Shown: positions 48,432 to 59,392 of the stretch, in pieces
Position numbering within the stretch: position 1 is the stretch's first letter
Layout: every line of letters begins with the position of its first letter
Source: an uncultured Spirochaetota bacterium
GTDB lineage: Bacteria > Spirochaetota > Spirochaetia > SZUA-6 > Fen-1364
Length of the DNA stretch: 64,000 bases
Direction of reading: 5' to 3'
Assembly: GCA_963845535.1 (NCBI GenBank)
Contig: CAWJSK010000012.1
Coordinates: 384,001 to 448,000 of the forward strand
Made by a program: the position numbers and the translations under genes
Notes under the pieces: model-generated
Database searches by the model: none
What the model saw: only the letters and a program-made list of their open reading frames with translations
Told to the model about the DNA's origin: nothing

Positions 48432-49570
48432 ACGCAATGCAAGCTCAATTGGTATCCCTCCTGGCCGGCGGCGGGACGCTGGTCGGGATCTTCGCGGCGG
48501 CCGTGCTCGCAGCGCGGCGGGAGGGAGATGCCGGGGCCAACCACGTCCTCTCCGCCCTTATGGTTCTCTTTTCCCTCTCGATCATTTACCCGCTTTTTTT
48601 CCAGGCGTGGCCTGCACTTATGCGGACCCACGCGGTGCTGGTCCTGGAGCCCTTCCAGTTCCTGATCCCTCCGCTCATGGCGTGGTATTTCCGCGTCTTG
48701 CTGCTGCCGGGATACCGCTTGCGCCCCAGCCAGTTTCTTCATGCGCTGCCGTTCGTGCTCTTTGGCCTCGTCAGCGTTGTGCCAATGCCATCCTCCGCGC
48801 AGCGGCCGGCTCACGTTCCCGCCGCCGCCGTTACCGAGATCCTTTGGGCGCTGCTGGTTCTCCAGGCATTCCTCTATCTTATTCCGTCATTGAGGCTGCT
48901 CTTCCGATATCGACACTCCCTCCGTGACCAGGAATCCAACATTGCGGGGCTGGACCTGGGTTGGCTCATGTGGTTTGGCCATCTCTTTCTGGCCATGAAC
49001 ACGGCCTACGCCTTCCTCCTGATCATCATGCTCCACGGGCCTCGGGAGTTCCCCGTGCGTGAGTACCTCTCCATGGCGCTCAGCATCCTCGTCTTCGCCA
49101 TTGGCCAGCGTGCTCTGCTCCAGAAACGGACGCCGGCAATCGAAGGGCTCGACGTCACCGCTCCCGCGGCGGAAGCCCGGGAGGAAAGGACCGTGGTGCA
49201 GGCGGTGGAGGCAGCGGGGATCAAGGCGCGTCTCATGCACGCAATGGAGACCGAGGAGCTGTACCTGAATCCTGAGCTGCGCCTTTCCGACCTCGTGGGC
49301 CGCCTCGGCGTCACGAGAAATCAGCTCTCCTACGTCATCAACAAGCATCTGGGGAAGAACTTCTACGACTTCGTGAACGAATACCGCATCCGCCGCGTGC
49401 TGCGGCTGATGAATGAGCAGACCTACGACGACAAGAAAATCATCGCCATGGCCTTCGATGCGGGGTTCAATTCCAAACCAGCCTTCAACGCGGTGTTCAA
49501 GAAGTACACCGGATTGACGCCGTCCGCGTACCGGGACGGGAAAAAAAAGTTGTCTCATGCGTCCCCTTGA
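48428..49570 (+). CDS. Membrane-anchored AraC-family regulator
   Basis: 6-7 N-terminal TM segments; C-terminal LSYVIN...FVNEYRI...GFNSK..F...FKK.TG.TP. Confidence 0.9.
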   Translation: MNAMQAQLVSLLAGGGTLVGIFAAAVLAARREGDAGANHVLSALMVLFSLSIIYPLFFQAWPALMRTHAVLVLEPFQFLIPPLMAWYFRVLLLPGYRLRPSQFLHALPFVLFGLVSVVPMPSSAQRPAHVPAAAVTEILWALLVLQAFLYLIPSLRLLFRYRHSLRDQESNIAGLDLGWLMWFGHLFLAMNTAYAFLLIIMLHGPREFPVREYLSMALSILVFAIGQRALLQKRTPAIEGLDVTAPAAEAREERTVVQAVEAAGIKARLMHAMETEELYLNPELRLSDLVGRLGVTRNQLSYVINKHLGKNFYDFVNEYRIRRVLRLMNEQTYDDKKIIAMAFDAGFNSKPAFNAVFKKYTGLTPSAYRDGKKKLSHASP

Positions 49571-49640
49571 GACGACGCACACGGACTGATCGGTTAGCTT
49601 CCCTCCTGTTCGACACTGAAGTGTCAGCAAGGAGAGTGAA

Positions 49641-50364
49641 ATGGGTTCGACGCCTATCGTGGAGCTTTCCGATGTCAGGAAGGTGTACCTCCTGGGGAGG
49701 ACGGAAGTCCCCGCCGTCAGGGGAGTGACCTTCGCCATTGAAAAAGGGGACTTCATCTCGATTGCCGGTCCGTCAGGGTCCGGCAAAACAACCATCCTGA
49801 ACCTGATCGGGTGCGTGGATACGCCAACACAAGGAATGGTCCGCATTGACGGCGTGGAGACCGCAGGGTCTGAGAGACCGGCAGATCACGTCCATCCGTC
49901 ACACGATGATCGGGTTCATCTTCCAATCGTTCAACCTCATCCCCGTCCTCAACGTCTATGAGAACGTCGAGTTCCCTCTCCTTCTCGGCGGCGGACGGCC
50001 GGCACGGGGAAAAAGGAAGGAATGGATCGAGACCCTCATCGAGGAAGTGGGGCTGGGCCAGTGGAGAAGGCACCGGCCCAGCGAGCTCTCCGGAGGGCAG
50101 CGGCAGCGGGTGGCAATTGCGCGCGCCCTGGCCACAAAGCCGCGGATTGTTCTGGCCGACGAGCCTACGGCCAACCTGGATTCGGCTACCGGCGAGGCGA
50201 TCCTCGAAGTGATGAAGAAGATCAACCGGGAGATGGGGACCACCTTCATCTTCTCCACGCACGACGCGAACATCGTGCGGATTGCAGACCACGTCATCCG
50301 CCTCCATGACGGAAAAGTGGAATCCGAGGAGCGCAGGGAGGGACGTCATGCCGGCGCTCGTTAA
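49641..50364 (+). CDS. LolD/MacB-like ABC ATPase, frameshift near 49868
   Basis: GPSGSGKT in one frame; FIFQSFNL, LSGGQRQR, ADEPT, STHD in the next. Confidence 0.88.
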
Positions 50365-51806
50365 GCTTGCGCTTCGAAACCTCGTGGAGCATAAAGGCAA
50401 GACGCTCATCGTCGGGGTCATCATTGCCCTCGGCGTGACCGTCCTGATTGCGGGCGCGTCATTTCTGGATTCGGCTTCCCGTGCCCTCCGTCGGTCATTT
50501 ATCGACAGTTTCACGGGGCAGGTCATCATAACGGGCAAGGCGCACGGGAACGTTGCCTTGTTCGGCGTGGCGGAAATGGGCGCTGTGGAGGGCACGCCGC
50601 TCCTTCCTGACTTTGAGAAGCTGACCGGCTACCTGAAGGGGAATGCGGAGGTGAAGACGCTTCACGTTCCAGATTTCCGCGGCCGAGCAGCTGAACAAAC
50701 CCGGAGAAGATGCGGCCGGCGGCGGGCCTTTCACCTATCTCTTCGGGATAGACCCCGGATCATACGGGGCAATGTTCAACAACATCATGCTGGTCTCAGG
50801 CGCCGGTCTTCTTCCAGGACAGGAAGGGATCCTGCTCTCCACCTCCAAGGTAGAGGAGTTCACAAAGGAGCTGGGGAGCGGATTGAAGGTGGGAGACAAG
50901 GTCCTGATTCAGAGCTTCGGCAACGCCATCGGTGAGGTGACGCTGCGCGGCATCTTCACTTTCAAGGAACGAAACGCCGCCACGGACCTGATCTCATACA
51001 TCGACCCGCAGACCTTGCGAGCGTTGGCCGGGATGGTGACAGACTCCCAGACCCGCCCCCGCCTTGACGCCGCGGAGGCCGGCCTTCTTTCAACGGACGA
51101 AAGCTCGCTGTTTCAGGGAGCCGGACAGATGATCAGAACCTCATCCGGGGCGGCGCGCCCGACGGCGCTGACGAAGACGCCATCAGCCCCGCCGGAGCAA
51201 AGCGCCAGCAAAGGCGGTCCATGGCAGTTCATCCTGGTCAACCTCCAGAACCCCGCTCAGGCGGCCGCTTTCATCACGCAAACCAACCAGTGGATGGCAA
51301 GCCAGGGGATAGAAGGAAGGGCCGCGGACTGGCGGGCGGCCGCCGGGCCTTTTGCCATGGTGCCCGACCTGATGCGCGTCGTCTTTGCCCTGGCCATCCT
51401 CATCATCGCGGTCGTTGCCATGATCATCATCATGAACACGCTCGTGGTCAGCATCAGCGAACGGACCGCGGAGATCGGCACCATGCGGGCCCTGGGGGCA
51501 CAGAAGGGTTTCGTCTGGCGAATGCTGTTCCTGGAAACGCTGGCGGTTTCGGTTCTCTTCGGCGCCGTGGGCATGGCCCTCGGCTCGGCGGTGGTGGGGA
51601 TCCTGAACGCAGCGGGCATTCCCGCGTCAAACCCTCTGCTTTCGATGATCGCGGGAAGCTCGACGCTGCGGCCCACGCTCGCGGCTTCTTCGCTGGGGGG
51701 CTCGGTCCTCCTCGTCATCGCCATCGCAATCATCGCTCACATCTATCCCGTAAGAGCCGCGCTGCGGATCCAACCCGTGGTTGCCATCCAATCGCGGTCT
51801 GAGTAG
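50348..51806 (+). CDS. FtsX/LolE-like ABC permease, frameshift near 50660
   Basis: LALRNL start; NTL..SI.ERT.EIGTMRALG; P.RAALRI.P. Confidence 0.85.
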
Positions 51807-51818
51807 GAGACACCTGTC

Positions 51819-53183
51819 ATGCAGTACGTGATCCTGGCATTTCGAAACCTGAGCCGGCAGAAGCGACGCAGCTTCCTGCTGGGCGGGGCAATCGCCTTCG
51901 GCATCTTGATTGTGACGTTCGTCAATGGCTTTGCCGGCGGGCTTGCGAGCAACCTCGAACAAAACTTCTCCCAGCTTCTGGGCGGAGAAATCTTCATCCA
52001 GGGAGTCGAAAAGACTTCATCAGGCCGACGCATCGAGCTCATCACGATGACGCGGCCCTCGGCGCGGCCATTACTGCTTCTCGGATTCCGGTGAAGTCCA
52101 TCACGAAGAGCTCCACGTTCCTGGGGACCTTCTTCTTCCACAACAACAGCGCGGTCCAGGAAGTGGTCGGCGTGGATTTCAATCAGAGCGCCCCGCTCAG
52201 GGACAGGCTGACGCTCGTCGGGGGCAGCTTCGATGCCATGAAAAACCCCGAAGGGATCATCATCGGCGAACAAACGGCCCAAAGGCTCAAGGCAGGCGCG
52301 GGTGACACCGTGCTCGTCCAGCTTCGAACGATAACCGGCCAGATGAACGTGGCGGAGTTCCTTGTTGCGGGGATCAGCCATGATCCGGGCATGTCGGTCT
52401 CCTTTGCAGCATACGCAAACAGGGCGTACGTGAACGGCCTGGAGAACCTTCCGGCGGACGCGTACCAGCAGCTTGGAATCCTCCTGAGCAATTCTGGCCA
52501 GACGGACGCTTCCGCATCCCAGCTTTCCCGGGCGCTCTCCGGAGAAAGTTGCGCTTCTCCCTGCGCTGCCGAAGACCGCGGGCGGGAATCCCATGGGATC
52601 AATGCTTCGGCAGCACAATGAAAACCCCATGGGCGCCATGGTCGCTGAGCTGATGCAGCAGGCCGGCGAAGGCAGCTACCAGGGAACGCGCTACAGGCTC
52701 TCCACCATCAACGACATCCTTGCCAGACTCCAGCTTCCGCAAATCATCGGGGCAATCAACGGGGTCGCCTTCGCGGTCCTTCTCATACTCTTCGTGATCA
52801 TCGTGGTCGGAGTCGTCAACACGTTCCGCATCATCCTGAACGAGCGGACACGGGAAATCGGGACAATGCGCGCCCTGGGGATGCAGAGGGGAAGCGTCCT
52901 CACGCTGTTCCTTCTTGAGGCGCTCTTCCTCTTCCTGGGCGGGGCGATGGCGGGGTTGATTGGCGCCGCTGTGGGGATGGCCCTCACGAGCCTTGCGCAT
53001 TTCGCGCCCACCACGCCCGCTTTCCTCATGCTCCGTAACGGGCACGCGAGCTTCGTCGTGTCCCCACGCCAGATCGTCCTGCCGCTCATCTCAGTCGGGC
53101 TTCTGACGCTGCTCGGCGCGTACATTCCGGCCCGGCGGGCCGCTCGATTGAAGCCTGTCGACGCCCTGGCCGCTTTCCATTGA
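51819..53183 (+). CDS. FtsX/LolE-like ABC permease, frameshifts near 52043 and 52543
   Basis: LAFRNL.RQKRR; ERTREIGTMRALG; PARRAA.L.P..AL, spread over three ORF pieces. Confidence 0.85.
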
Positions 53184-53195
53184 GAGGAGAATGAA

Positions 53196-53987
53196 ATGAC
53201 GATTTCCCGCAACCGATTTCTTTCGCTGATTGCGTTCGCGCTCGGTCTGGCTGCGTCCGGCCTATGGGCCGCTCCGGATCAACCTGACACAGCGGCTCTG
53301 CGCCAGCCCGACTCGGCAGCGCTCCTTCGCCAGCTCGACGCATTCACGAACTTTCAAGGCGACTTCACGGCTGAGTACAGCGAAGTGAGTGAGCACCCGG
53401 GGCAGCAGCCCTCCTTGTTCCGACACGACGTGTACCGCAGGGACCGGGATGGCGCCATGACCATCCTCATGCGCTACCCTGATTCGAAAAAAGGCCAGGG
53501 CTACCTGGAGGTGGACAACAACTTCTGGTTCTACGACCCCAGCAGCCGGCTGTTCTCCCACGCTTCGCTGAAGGAGAGCTGGCAAAACACCGAGGCAATG
53601 AACAGCGATTTCTTCCGGACGAACTGGGCCAGGGACTACGCTGGAGAAAGCTCAAGCGAAGCGACACTCGGCGTCTATCCGGTGTGGGTCCTCGATCTGA
53701 AGGGAACCAACGACCAGGTCACTTTCCCCTACAAGAAGATATGGGTCCGCAAGGACATCGGAATAATCCTCAAGGCGGAGGATTACAGCTTGTCCAGGCG
53801 GCTCATGCGGACGGTCTACTACCCCAGCTACACCAAGCTGGATGACCACTACGTGGCCGACCGCATGCTCATCATCGACAACCTGAACGTTGGCGCAAAG
53901 ACGGAGATGACGCTTTCGAACATCTCAACGGCTCCGCTTCCGGACTTCACCTTCACGAAGGCTTTCCTGCAGCAGGCAAATCGATGA
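53196..53987 (+). CDS. LolA-like outer-membrane lipoprotein-sorting protein
   Basis: Signal peptide; P...KGQGYL...N.W.YDP, LPD.TFTK.FL; follows the Lol-like ABC genes. Confidence 0.8.
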   Translation: MTISRNRFLSLIAFALGLAASGLWAAPDQPDTAALRQPDSAALLRQLDAFTNFQGDFTAEYSEVSEHPGQQPSLFRHDVYRRDRDGAMTILMRYPDSKKGQGYLEVDNNFWFYDPSSRLFSHASLKESWQNTEAMNSDFFRTNWARDYAGESSSEATLGVYPVWVLDLKGTNDQVTFPYKKIWVRKDIGIILKAEDYSLSRRLMRTVYYPSYTKLDDHYVADRMLIIDNLNVGAKTEMTLSNISTAPLPDFTFTKAFLQQANR

Positions 53988-55491
53988 GGAGATTGTTTTT
54001 CTTCGCCTGCATGTCGCTCCTCCTGACTCTCGACGGCCGGCGCCCAAGCCACGGAAAACCCGGATGACATGTTCGGCGGGAACATGGTGCAAAGCGCCCC
54101 GGGGGCCGGTGCCTCCGGAGCGGCGCAGGGAGCGCCCACGGGGACCCAAGCCGCCTCGCGGGACGCAGGCAACCTCTGCGGGGACCCAAGCCGCATCCCC
54201 CGCGCCGGAGAGCTTCCTCCAGTCCAAAGGCGTGGATATCGGCGGCTACCTTTACTCCGACTACACCGGCTACGCCATCTGGCCAGGCAGCTATCCTTCC
54301 TTCTCTGATCCGGCATCCGGCCTCACCAGCTCATTCGTGCCCAACCTCGAAGCAGACGTATATCTGGATGCGAGGCCCTATTCTTTTTTCCGCGTGTTCG
54401 GGAAGCTCAAGGCGATCTATCCGTTCGGCGGCTCGGCCCAGGGCGTGTACCAGGCGCAGACCAACCCGTTCGCCTCCATCTACACGCCCCCGTCAGGTTC
54501 GAGCGCCGCCATCCCAAACATCTCCGTCTTCGAGCTGTTTGCCGACGTGAACTGGAACGAAAAGCTCTTCCTGCGCGTCGGGCAACAGGTCATCCATTGG
54601 GGAGTCGGCACGTTCTTCAGTCCCGCGGACATCCTGAGCCTCACTCCCATCAACCCGCTCCAGCCGAACCTGGAGCGGCAAGGGCCGCTCGCCCTTACCG
54701 TGAACGTGCCCTTTGCGTCAGTGGACAGCGCCTCTGTTTACGTCATCGCGAACCAGGCGTTCGCGCAAAACCGTCCGTTCGACCCCAGCGACCTCGCGGT
54801 GGCCCCGAAGGTCGAGTTCCTGCTCGGAGACTACGAAATCGGAGTCGGCGGGTACTATCAAAGGGCTCAAAGACCAAAGGCAATGATGACGGCAACCGGA
54901 TCACTTTTCGGCACGCTGGGAATCTTCGGCGAAGGTGTGGTGAGCTACGGGAGCGACCGCACTTTCGCCGGAGCCTTGCCCGGCGCGCCGGGCAACTGGC
55001 AAGCCTACACTGACACAACCACGCCCTATTTCAGCGGCACCGTCGGGATAAGCTACGCGGAAAGCTCGCAGCACATCGCGGCCATCCTCCAGTACTACTA
55101 CAACAGACAGGGCTACGCGAACCTCTCCCAGGAGCGGGGCGCCGTGGATCTGTACAGCAGCCAGCAAACCGCTCTTGGAGCGGGGACGCAGCCCGCGGGG
55201 CCGCTCCTGGCGCCTACGGACCTGCTTCTCCCCGGGCAGCACTACCTTGCCGGCTCAGTGACCTGGACTGACATCCGCGCGTCGAACTTCGACCTTGGCA
55301 TCTTCTACGAGGGGAACCTCAGCGACGGTTCCGGGGTGGCCAGCCCGTATGCGGCCTGGACGCCCATTCAGTATTGCACACTGACGATTGCGCCTTTCGT
55401 TGGATACGGAGAGCCTGGCTCGGAGTTCGTCTCCAAGTTCGGGTATTTCGCGCTTTCCTTGAAAGTGACAGTGGGGGAAGGAGCGTTCTGA
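53984..55491 (+). CDS. Putative outer-membrane beta-barrel protein, frameshifts near 54030 and 54158
   Basis: Signal peptide; ELFAD, RVGQQVIHWGVG.FFSPAD, aromatic beta-strand pattern, terminal Phe. Confidence 0.65.
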
Positions 55492-55604
55492 ACGGGAGGC
55501 CGGGGGCCGGAGGCCGAGGGCGAGCGCCAGCGGGCGGCGAAGCCCCGACCTCCTGGCGCAGCCCCTGCGGAGGACGCCCCGCCGCCTCTTGACAACACCG
55601 TTTT

Positions 55605-55639
55605 CATTGACTACAAACTCATTGAGTTATGAGTCAATG
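55605..55639. promoter_or_regulatory. Palindromic TetR operator overlapping the start codon
   Basis: CATTGACT-aca-AACTCA-t-TGAGTT-atg-AGTCAATG; TTGACA at 55589. Confidence 0.7.
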
Positions 55640-56224
55640 AAAGAGGGAAAGCGCCAACAGGGAAAGGAATCCACCCGCCTCAAGCTCCTTGAGGCGGCGG
55701 CGGCGCTGTTCGCGGAAAAAGGAATCAGCACAACCACCACGGAGCACGTTGCGGCGCGCGCGGGCGTGGCGCATGGGACGGTGTTCGCTCACTTCCCCAC
55801 CCAGGAAGCGCTTCTCATCGCGGTCATTGATGACTTCGGGACAAGGGTGGCCGGAAGGCTTCATGAGCTTGTGGCTGGCAGCGCGGATACCAGCGGCGCC
55901 CTTGCCGCGCATCTGAGAGGGCTTATGGAGACGGAAGGTCTTTATTCCCGGCTCATCTCCGAGGCCGCGGCGCTTCCCCGCCAGGCCCGCACGTCGCTGG
56001 TCATGATGCAGTCCACCATCTCCATCCACATTTGCCAGATCGCGGAAAAAGACATGGCGGCAAAGAAGATACGCCGAATGCCGGTTGCCCTGCTTTTCAA
56101 CACCTGGGTTGCCCTTCTGCACCACTACCTGTCGAACGCGAACCTGTTTTCTCCCGGACGCTCGGTCTTGGAGCGGCGCGGAGACGAACTGCGCCGTCAT
56201 TTCCTGTCATTGATTCGCCCATGA
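55637..56224 (+). CDS. TetR-family regulator
   Basis: LLEAA..LF..KG...TT...VA.RAGVA.GT...HF.T.E.L. Confidence 0.92.
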   Translation: MKEGKRQQGKESTRLKLLEAAAALFAEKGISTTTTEHVAARAGVAHGTVFAHFPTQEALLIAVIDDFGTRVAGRLHELVAGSADTSGALAAHLRGLMETEGLYSRLISEAAALPRQARTSLVMMQSTISIHICQIAEKDMAAKKIRRMPVALLFNTWVALLHHYLSNANLFSPGRSVLERRGDELRRHFLSLIRP

Positions 56225-56241
56225 CCGCAAAGGAGGAAGAT

Positions 56242-56556
56242 ATGAACGACACGAGAAACCCGATGGAAGTCTTCAGAGAAGAGGCGCCAGCGGCGGCTCA
56301 GGCATTCAACGGCCTCATCACCGCGCTTTCCGCGAGTCAGGACCTGGACGGAAGGACCCGCCAGCTCATCTACATCGCAATGAAAGCGGCGCAAGGGGAC
56401 GTGGGCGCAGTGGCGGCCCATGCCGGAATGGCCAAAAAGGCCGGGGCAAGCCGCGCGGAGCTCAGGGAAGCCATTCTGATGACTCTCACAGTTTCCGGAA
56501 TCCGGGGCGTCGTGACGTGCCTGGCTCCGGCGCTCTCGGCGTGGGAAGTTGCGTAG
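56242..56556 (+). CDS. Carboxymuconolactone decarboxylase-family protein
   Basis: LD.RTRQLI, H...A.KAGAS..EL.EAI; AAGGAGG RBS. Confidence 0.85.
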   Translation: MNDTRNPMEVFREEAPAAAQAFNGLITALSASQDLDGRTRQLIYIAMKAAQGDVGAVAAHAGMAKKAGASRAELREAILMTLTVSGIRGVVTCLAPALSAWEVA

Positions 56557-56562
56557 GAGGTT

Positions 56563-56826
56563 ATGATGACGAAAACATGCATTGCGTGCGGGATGCCCAT
56601 GAGCAAGCCTGAGGACTTCGCGGCCGGGGACACGGCTAAAGACTATTGCCGGCATTGCGCCCGGCCGGATGGATCAATGCAGTCCTACAGAGAAAAGCTC
56701 GCGTCCTACGGCGCGTTCCTGGTGAAGACGCAAGGGCTGGATGCCGGGGCGGCGAAGGTGATGGCAAAAGACATCATGTCGAAGCTTCCGGCCTGGAAGA
56801 ACCGAACGTCGGCTCCAAGGTCATAG
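56563..56826 (+). CDS. Zinc-ribbon domain protein
   Basis: CIACGMPM...DYCRHC...G, LPAWK. Confidence 0.85.
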   Translation: MMTKTCIACGMPMSKPEDFAAGDTAKDYCRHCARPDGSMQSYREKLASYGAFLVKTQGLDAGAAKVMAKDIMSKLPAWKNRTSAPRS

Positions 56827-56997
56827 GGCATCATCGACGAGCTGCGGGTGTGAATCAAACCATTCCCGCAGGGCGTCTCTCGTTGCCGTCACGTCCCCCG
56901 GCTGCGCGGAGCATATTTGATACAGCTCGTCATGCGAGACCTCATGGGAGAAGTGGACGAGCCTGTTTCGATATCCGGCAAGTAGCTTCAAAACCTC
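56821..56997 (-). pseudogene. HepT/DUF86-like HEPN ribonuclease, C-terminal fragment
   Basis: [11 protein letters not shown] contains the HEPN R-X4-H motif; no N-terminus attached. Confidence 0.75.
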
Positions 56998-57081
56998 AAA
57001 GGTCAGGTTGATACCCGGTTTCACCTGCATCTGTCCGATGCCCGGTATCTGGTACTCGATCGGGTCCTCGACCGTGAGGAT
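56998..57081 (-). pseudogene. 84-bp fragment of a GspE/PilB secretion ATPase
   Basis: [28 protein letters not shown], the Asp-box region of GspE/PilB. Confidence 0.75.
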
Positions 57082-57084
57082 GCT

Positions 57085-57514
57085 TGGTGGTACCCGGGGA
57101 GCTTGGAAAGCGTGATGGCGCCCGCGGCTGTTCTCTCATGGTGTGCAAGCCGTTGCGGTTTCCGCCGCCCGAACCCAGACCATCTATCTCCCGCGAGGAC
57201 TCAATACTCTCCAACAACTGTTTCGGGATCACTTCGCCCGCTTCGCCGCCGAGTACGATTCACGATACGCGAAAGAAGGGGTGGCCCGCATCCGATGTAC
57301 GAACCCCGAATGCCGTCACGAGCACTTCCGCCCCTTCTCCTGCAAGGGCTTCTTCCTCTGTGCTTCGTGCAGCCAAAAGAGAACACTCCTCAGGGACAGA
57401 GGAGGCCGGGCGATGTATTGTCACCCAGCGCAGTTCCTGGGCAAGCCCGAAAACTCCCTACCAGCAGTCCGCCCACCACAAAACGGAGCGACCCTCGGAA
57501 TCGAGCTCCCTATC
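57085..57514 (+). mobile_element. Internally deleted IS91-like element (transposase Zn-binding domain relic)
   Basis: GVARIRC..PEC.HE..RPFSCKG..LC.SC.QKR. Catalytic domain missing. GAGCTCCCTATC near 57503-57514 resembles an oriIS end. Boundaries approximate. Confidence 0.7.
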
Positions 57515-57566
57515 ACTCACGCTCGGCGAACACGCTGTACCATCGGCAAAGCAAGGCGCCATCCAC

Positions 57567-58823
57567 CTACGCTGCTCCTGAATGGCCGAGGGCATCACGC
57601 TTTCTGCGAAGGAGCGCCCACTCCGCGGGTGGCATGTGGTGCTCAAGAGCGCGGTCGAGAAAAACGCGCGCTTCCTCGATGTGTCCGAGTGACGCATGGA
57701 GCTCAGCGTACGTTGCAAGTGCATACGGGTAGTGAGCCAGCAACTCTCGTTCCGGGATGGCGTCAAGCTCATCTATCCCCGCGACAGCTCCGCGGCACAT
57801 GGCGACGGCGAGTGCCCGGTTCACATCGACAACAGGGGATGGGGATATCGTACGAAGTGTATCGTACAACGAGACAATTTCTGCCCAGTCGGTATTGGCG
57901 TAGCTCGTCGCCTTTGCATGGCAGGCGGCGATACCAGCCTCGAGGTGGAAGCGCGAGAGCTTCTGACCTCGCGCAGAGCGCTCCAGAAACGTGACGCCTT
58001 CAGCAATAAGGGCCTCATTCCAACGCAGTCGATCTTGCTCGTGGAGCAAGAGGAGACTCCCGTCGTCTGCTCGACGCGCAGGGCTACGGCCGATATGGAA
58101 GCAAAACAGTGCGCGCAGGGCCTCCGCGTCGGGCGAGGTCCACCGGTCATCATCAGTCAACAGGCGTGCGAGTCGAAGGGATTCGTTGCACAGGGCATCA
58201 TCTATCCCCGCCTCACTCTCCGTGGTTGAGTAGCCCTCGGTAAAGAGCTGGTAGAGTACGTCAAGGATCGGGCGAAGGCGCAATGGCACCTCGGCGTGGT
58301 CGGGAAGCTCCACCTGTATGCCTTCCTCACGAAGGGACCTCTTTGCCCGAACAATTCGCTGGGCAATTGTGCGCTCATCGGAAAGAAAGGCTCGGGCTAT
58401 CTGGGCATTGGTGAATCCAAAGGCGACGCGAAGAGTGAGTGCTACCTGAGCGGCGCCGGGAAGGACGGGGTGGCAGCAGTAGAAGATCACGCGTAGCTCG
58501 TCATCGAGCTCGATCCTGGGCTGTTCAATCCCGAGGTCGTACTCAGAAAATGGGACGATCCTGCGGTCCCGTCGGATCGTATCGATGATGACGTTGGACG
58601 CGACCCGCAGCAGCCACCCTTCAAGCTGCTTGCTGTGCGGGTCGCCGTTCCATTTCTCAAGCGCGCGCAGGCCTGCTTCTTGAAAGGCGTCTTCGATCAG
58701 CTCAAAGGAGTCTGTTCCGAAGCGGCGTACGAGCGCCGCCATGAGACGGCTCCGGGCGGCTTTGAACGCATATTCGAGGGCGATATGTCGAGCGTCAGGA
58801 GACTCCAGGCGGGACTCCCTCAT
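57567..58823 (-). CDS. ECF42-type sigma factor with TPR-like C-terminal extension
   Basis: IEDAFQEA, DDELR.IF.CCHP.L...AQVALTLR, QRIVRAK, F.EGY, QDR..W, IAACH, LYD.L, NRA.A. Confidence 0.9.
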   Translation of the reverse strand: MRESRLESPDARHIALEYAFKAARSRLMAALVRRFGTDSFELIEDAFQEAGLRALEKWNGDPHSKQLEGWLLRVASNVIIDTIRRDRRIVPFSEYDLGIEQPRIELDDELRVIFYCCHPVLPGAAQVALTLRVAFGFTNAQIARAFLSDERTIAQRIVRAKRSLREEGIQVELPDHAEVPLRLRPILDVLYQLFTEGYSTTESEAGIDDALCNESLRLARLLTDDDRWTSPDAEALRALFCFHIGRSPARRADDGSLLLLHEQDRLRWNEALIAEGVTFLERSARGQKLSRFHLEAGIAACHAKATSYANTDWAEIVSLYDTLRTISPSPVVDVNRALAVAMCRGAVAGIDELDAIPERELLAHYPYALATYAELHASLGHIEEARVFLDRALEHHMPPAEWALLRRKRDALGHSGAA

Positions 58824-59160
58824 CAACGACACGCACCTCCACACTGCCGTTCTGAAGATCGAGCGTGGGGCAAGAGCGCGCAAGAGCGATAGCCTCTTCC
58901 AAGGAGCCGGCCTCCACGAAGCAGACCCCGCCGACAGCTTCTTTCGTTTCCATGAAAGGACCTTCCACGACTTGTCCGCCACGTACCGTAAGCCGTGCAC
59001 CGGTCTGGTCTTTCAGCTTATGCGAGGAGATAAAGTGGCCGGATTCCTGCAAGGACCGCATCCAGAGGGAAAATCGTTCGTACAACTGGGGCGCAAGCGC
59101 TGCGTTGCTGCTCCGCTTGTCCAGGTCCGCTTTGCCGAAGAACAGAACGTATTTCGCCAT
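58795..59160 (-). CDS. YCII/DGPF-family protein
   Basis: VEGPFMETKEAVGG (DGPFAETKE-like), A..CP, VEVR. Confidence 0.9.
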   Translation of the reverse strand: MAKYVLFFGKADLDKRSSNAALAPQLYERFSLWMRSLQESGHFISSHKLKDQTGARLTVRGGQVVEGPFMETKEAVGGVCFVEAGSLEEAIALARSCPTLDLQNGSVEVRVVDEGVPPGVS

Positions 59161-59178
59161 GAGGGCTTCTCCTTTGTG

Positions 59179-59209
59179 CAAGAACGATCAAGGAGTCCGA
59201 GAATCGACA
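59179..59209 (-). promoter_or_regulatory. ECF promoter copy 1 (YCII-sigma operon)
   Basis: TGTCG-N18-CGTTCTTG. Confidence 0.75.
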
Positions 59210-59315
59210 TCGGTGCGCCATACGGCGAGTCAGTCCCCTCTCTCCTCAGAGGCTTCTTGGTACGTCGAAGATAACCAACGCGCTTAAAAAGCGGAAAGAG
59301 CTCGTTCGACGTGAA

Positions 59316-59346
59316 TGTCGTTTTGCGAGCCGCCCAACCGTTCTTG
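59316..59346 (+). promoter_or_regulatory. ECF promoter copy 2 (patatin gene)
   Basis: TGTCG-N18-CGTTCTTG. Confidence 0.75.
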
Positions 59347-59392
59347 TTGACGATTGACGACATCAAACACGCTGAGGAAGGAGGACGTGATC

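Noticed and set aside
49641..54200. Programmed ribosomal frameshifting
   Set aside because: No consistent slippery sites, and too many shifts in ordinary transporter genes.
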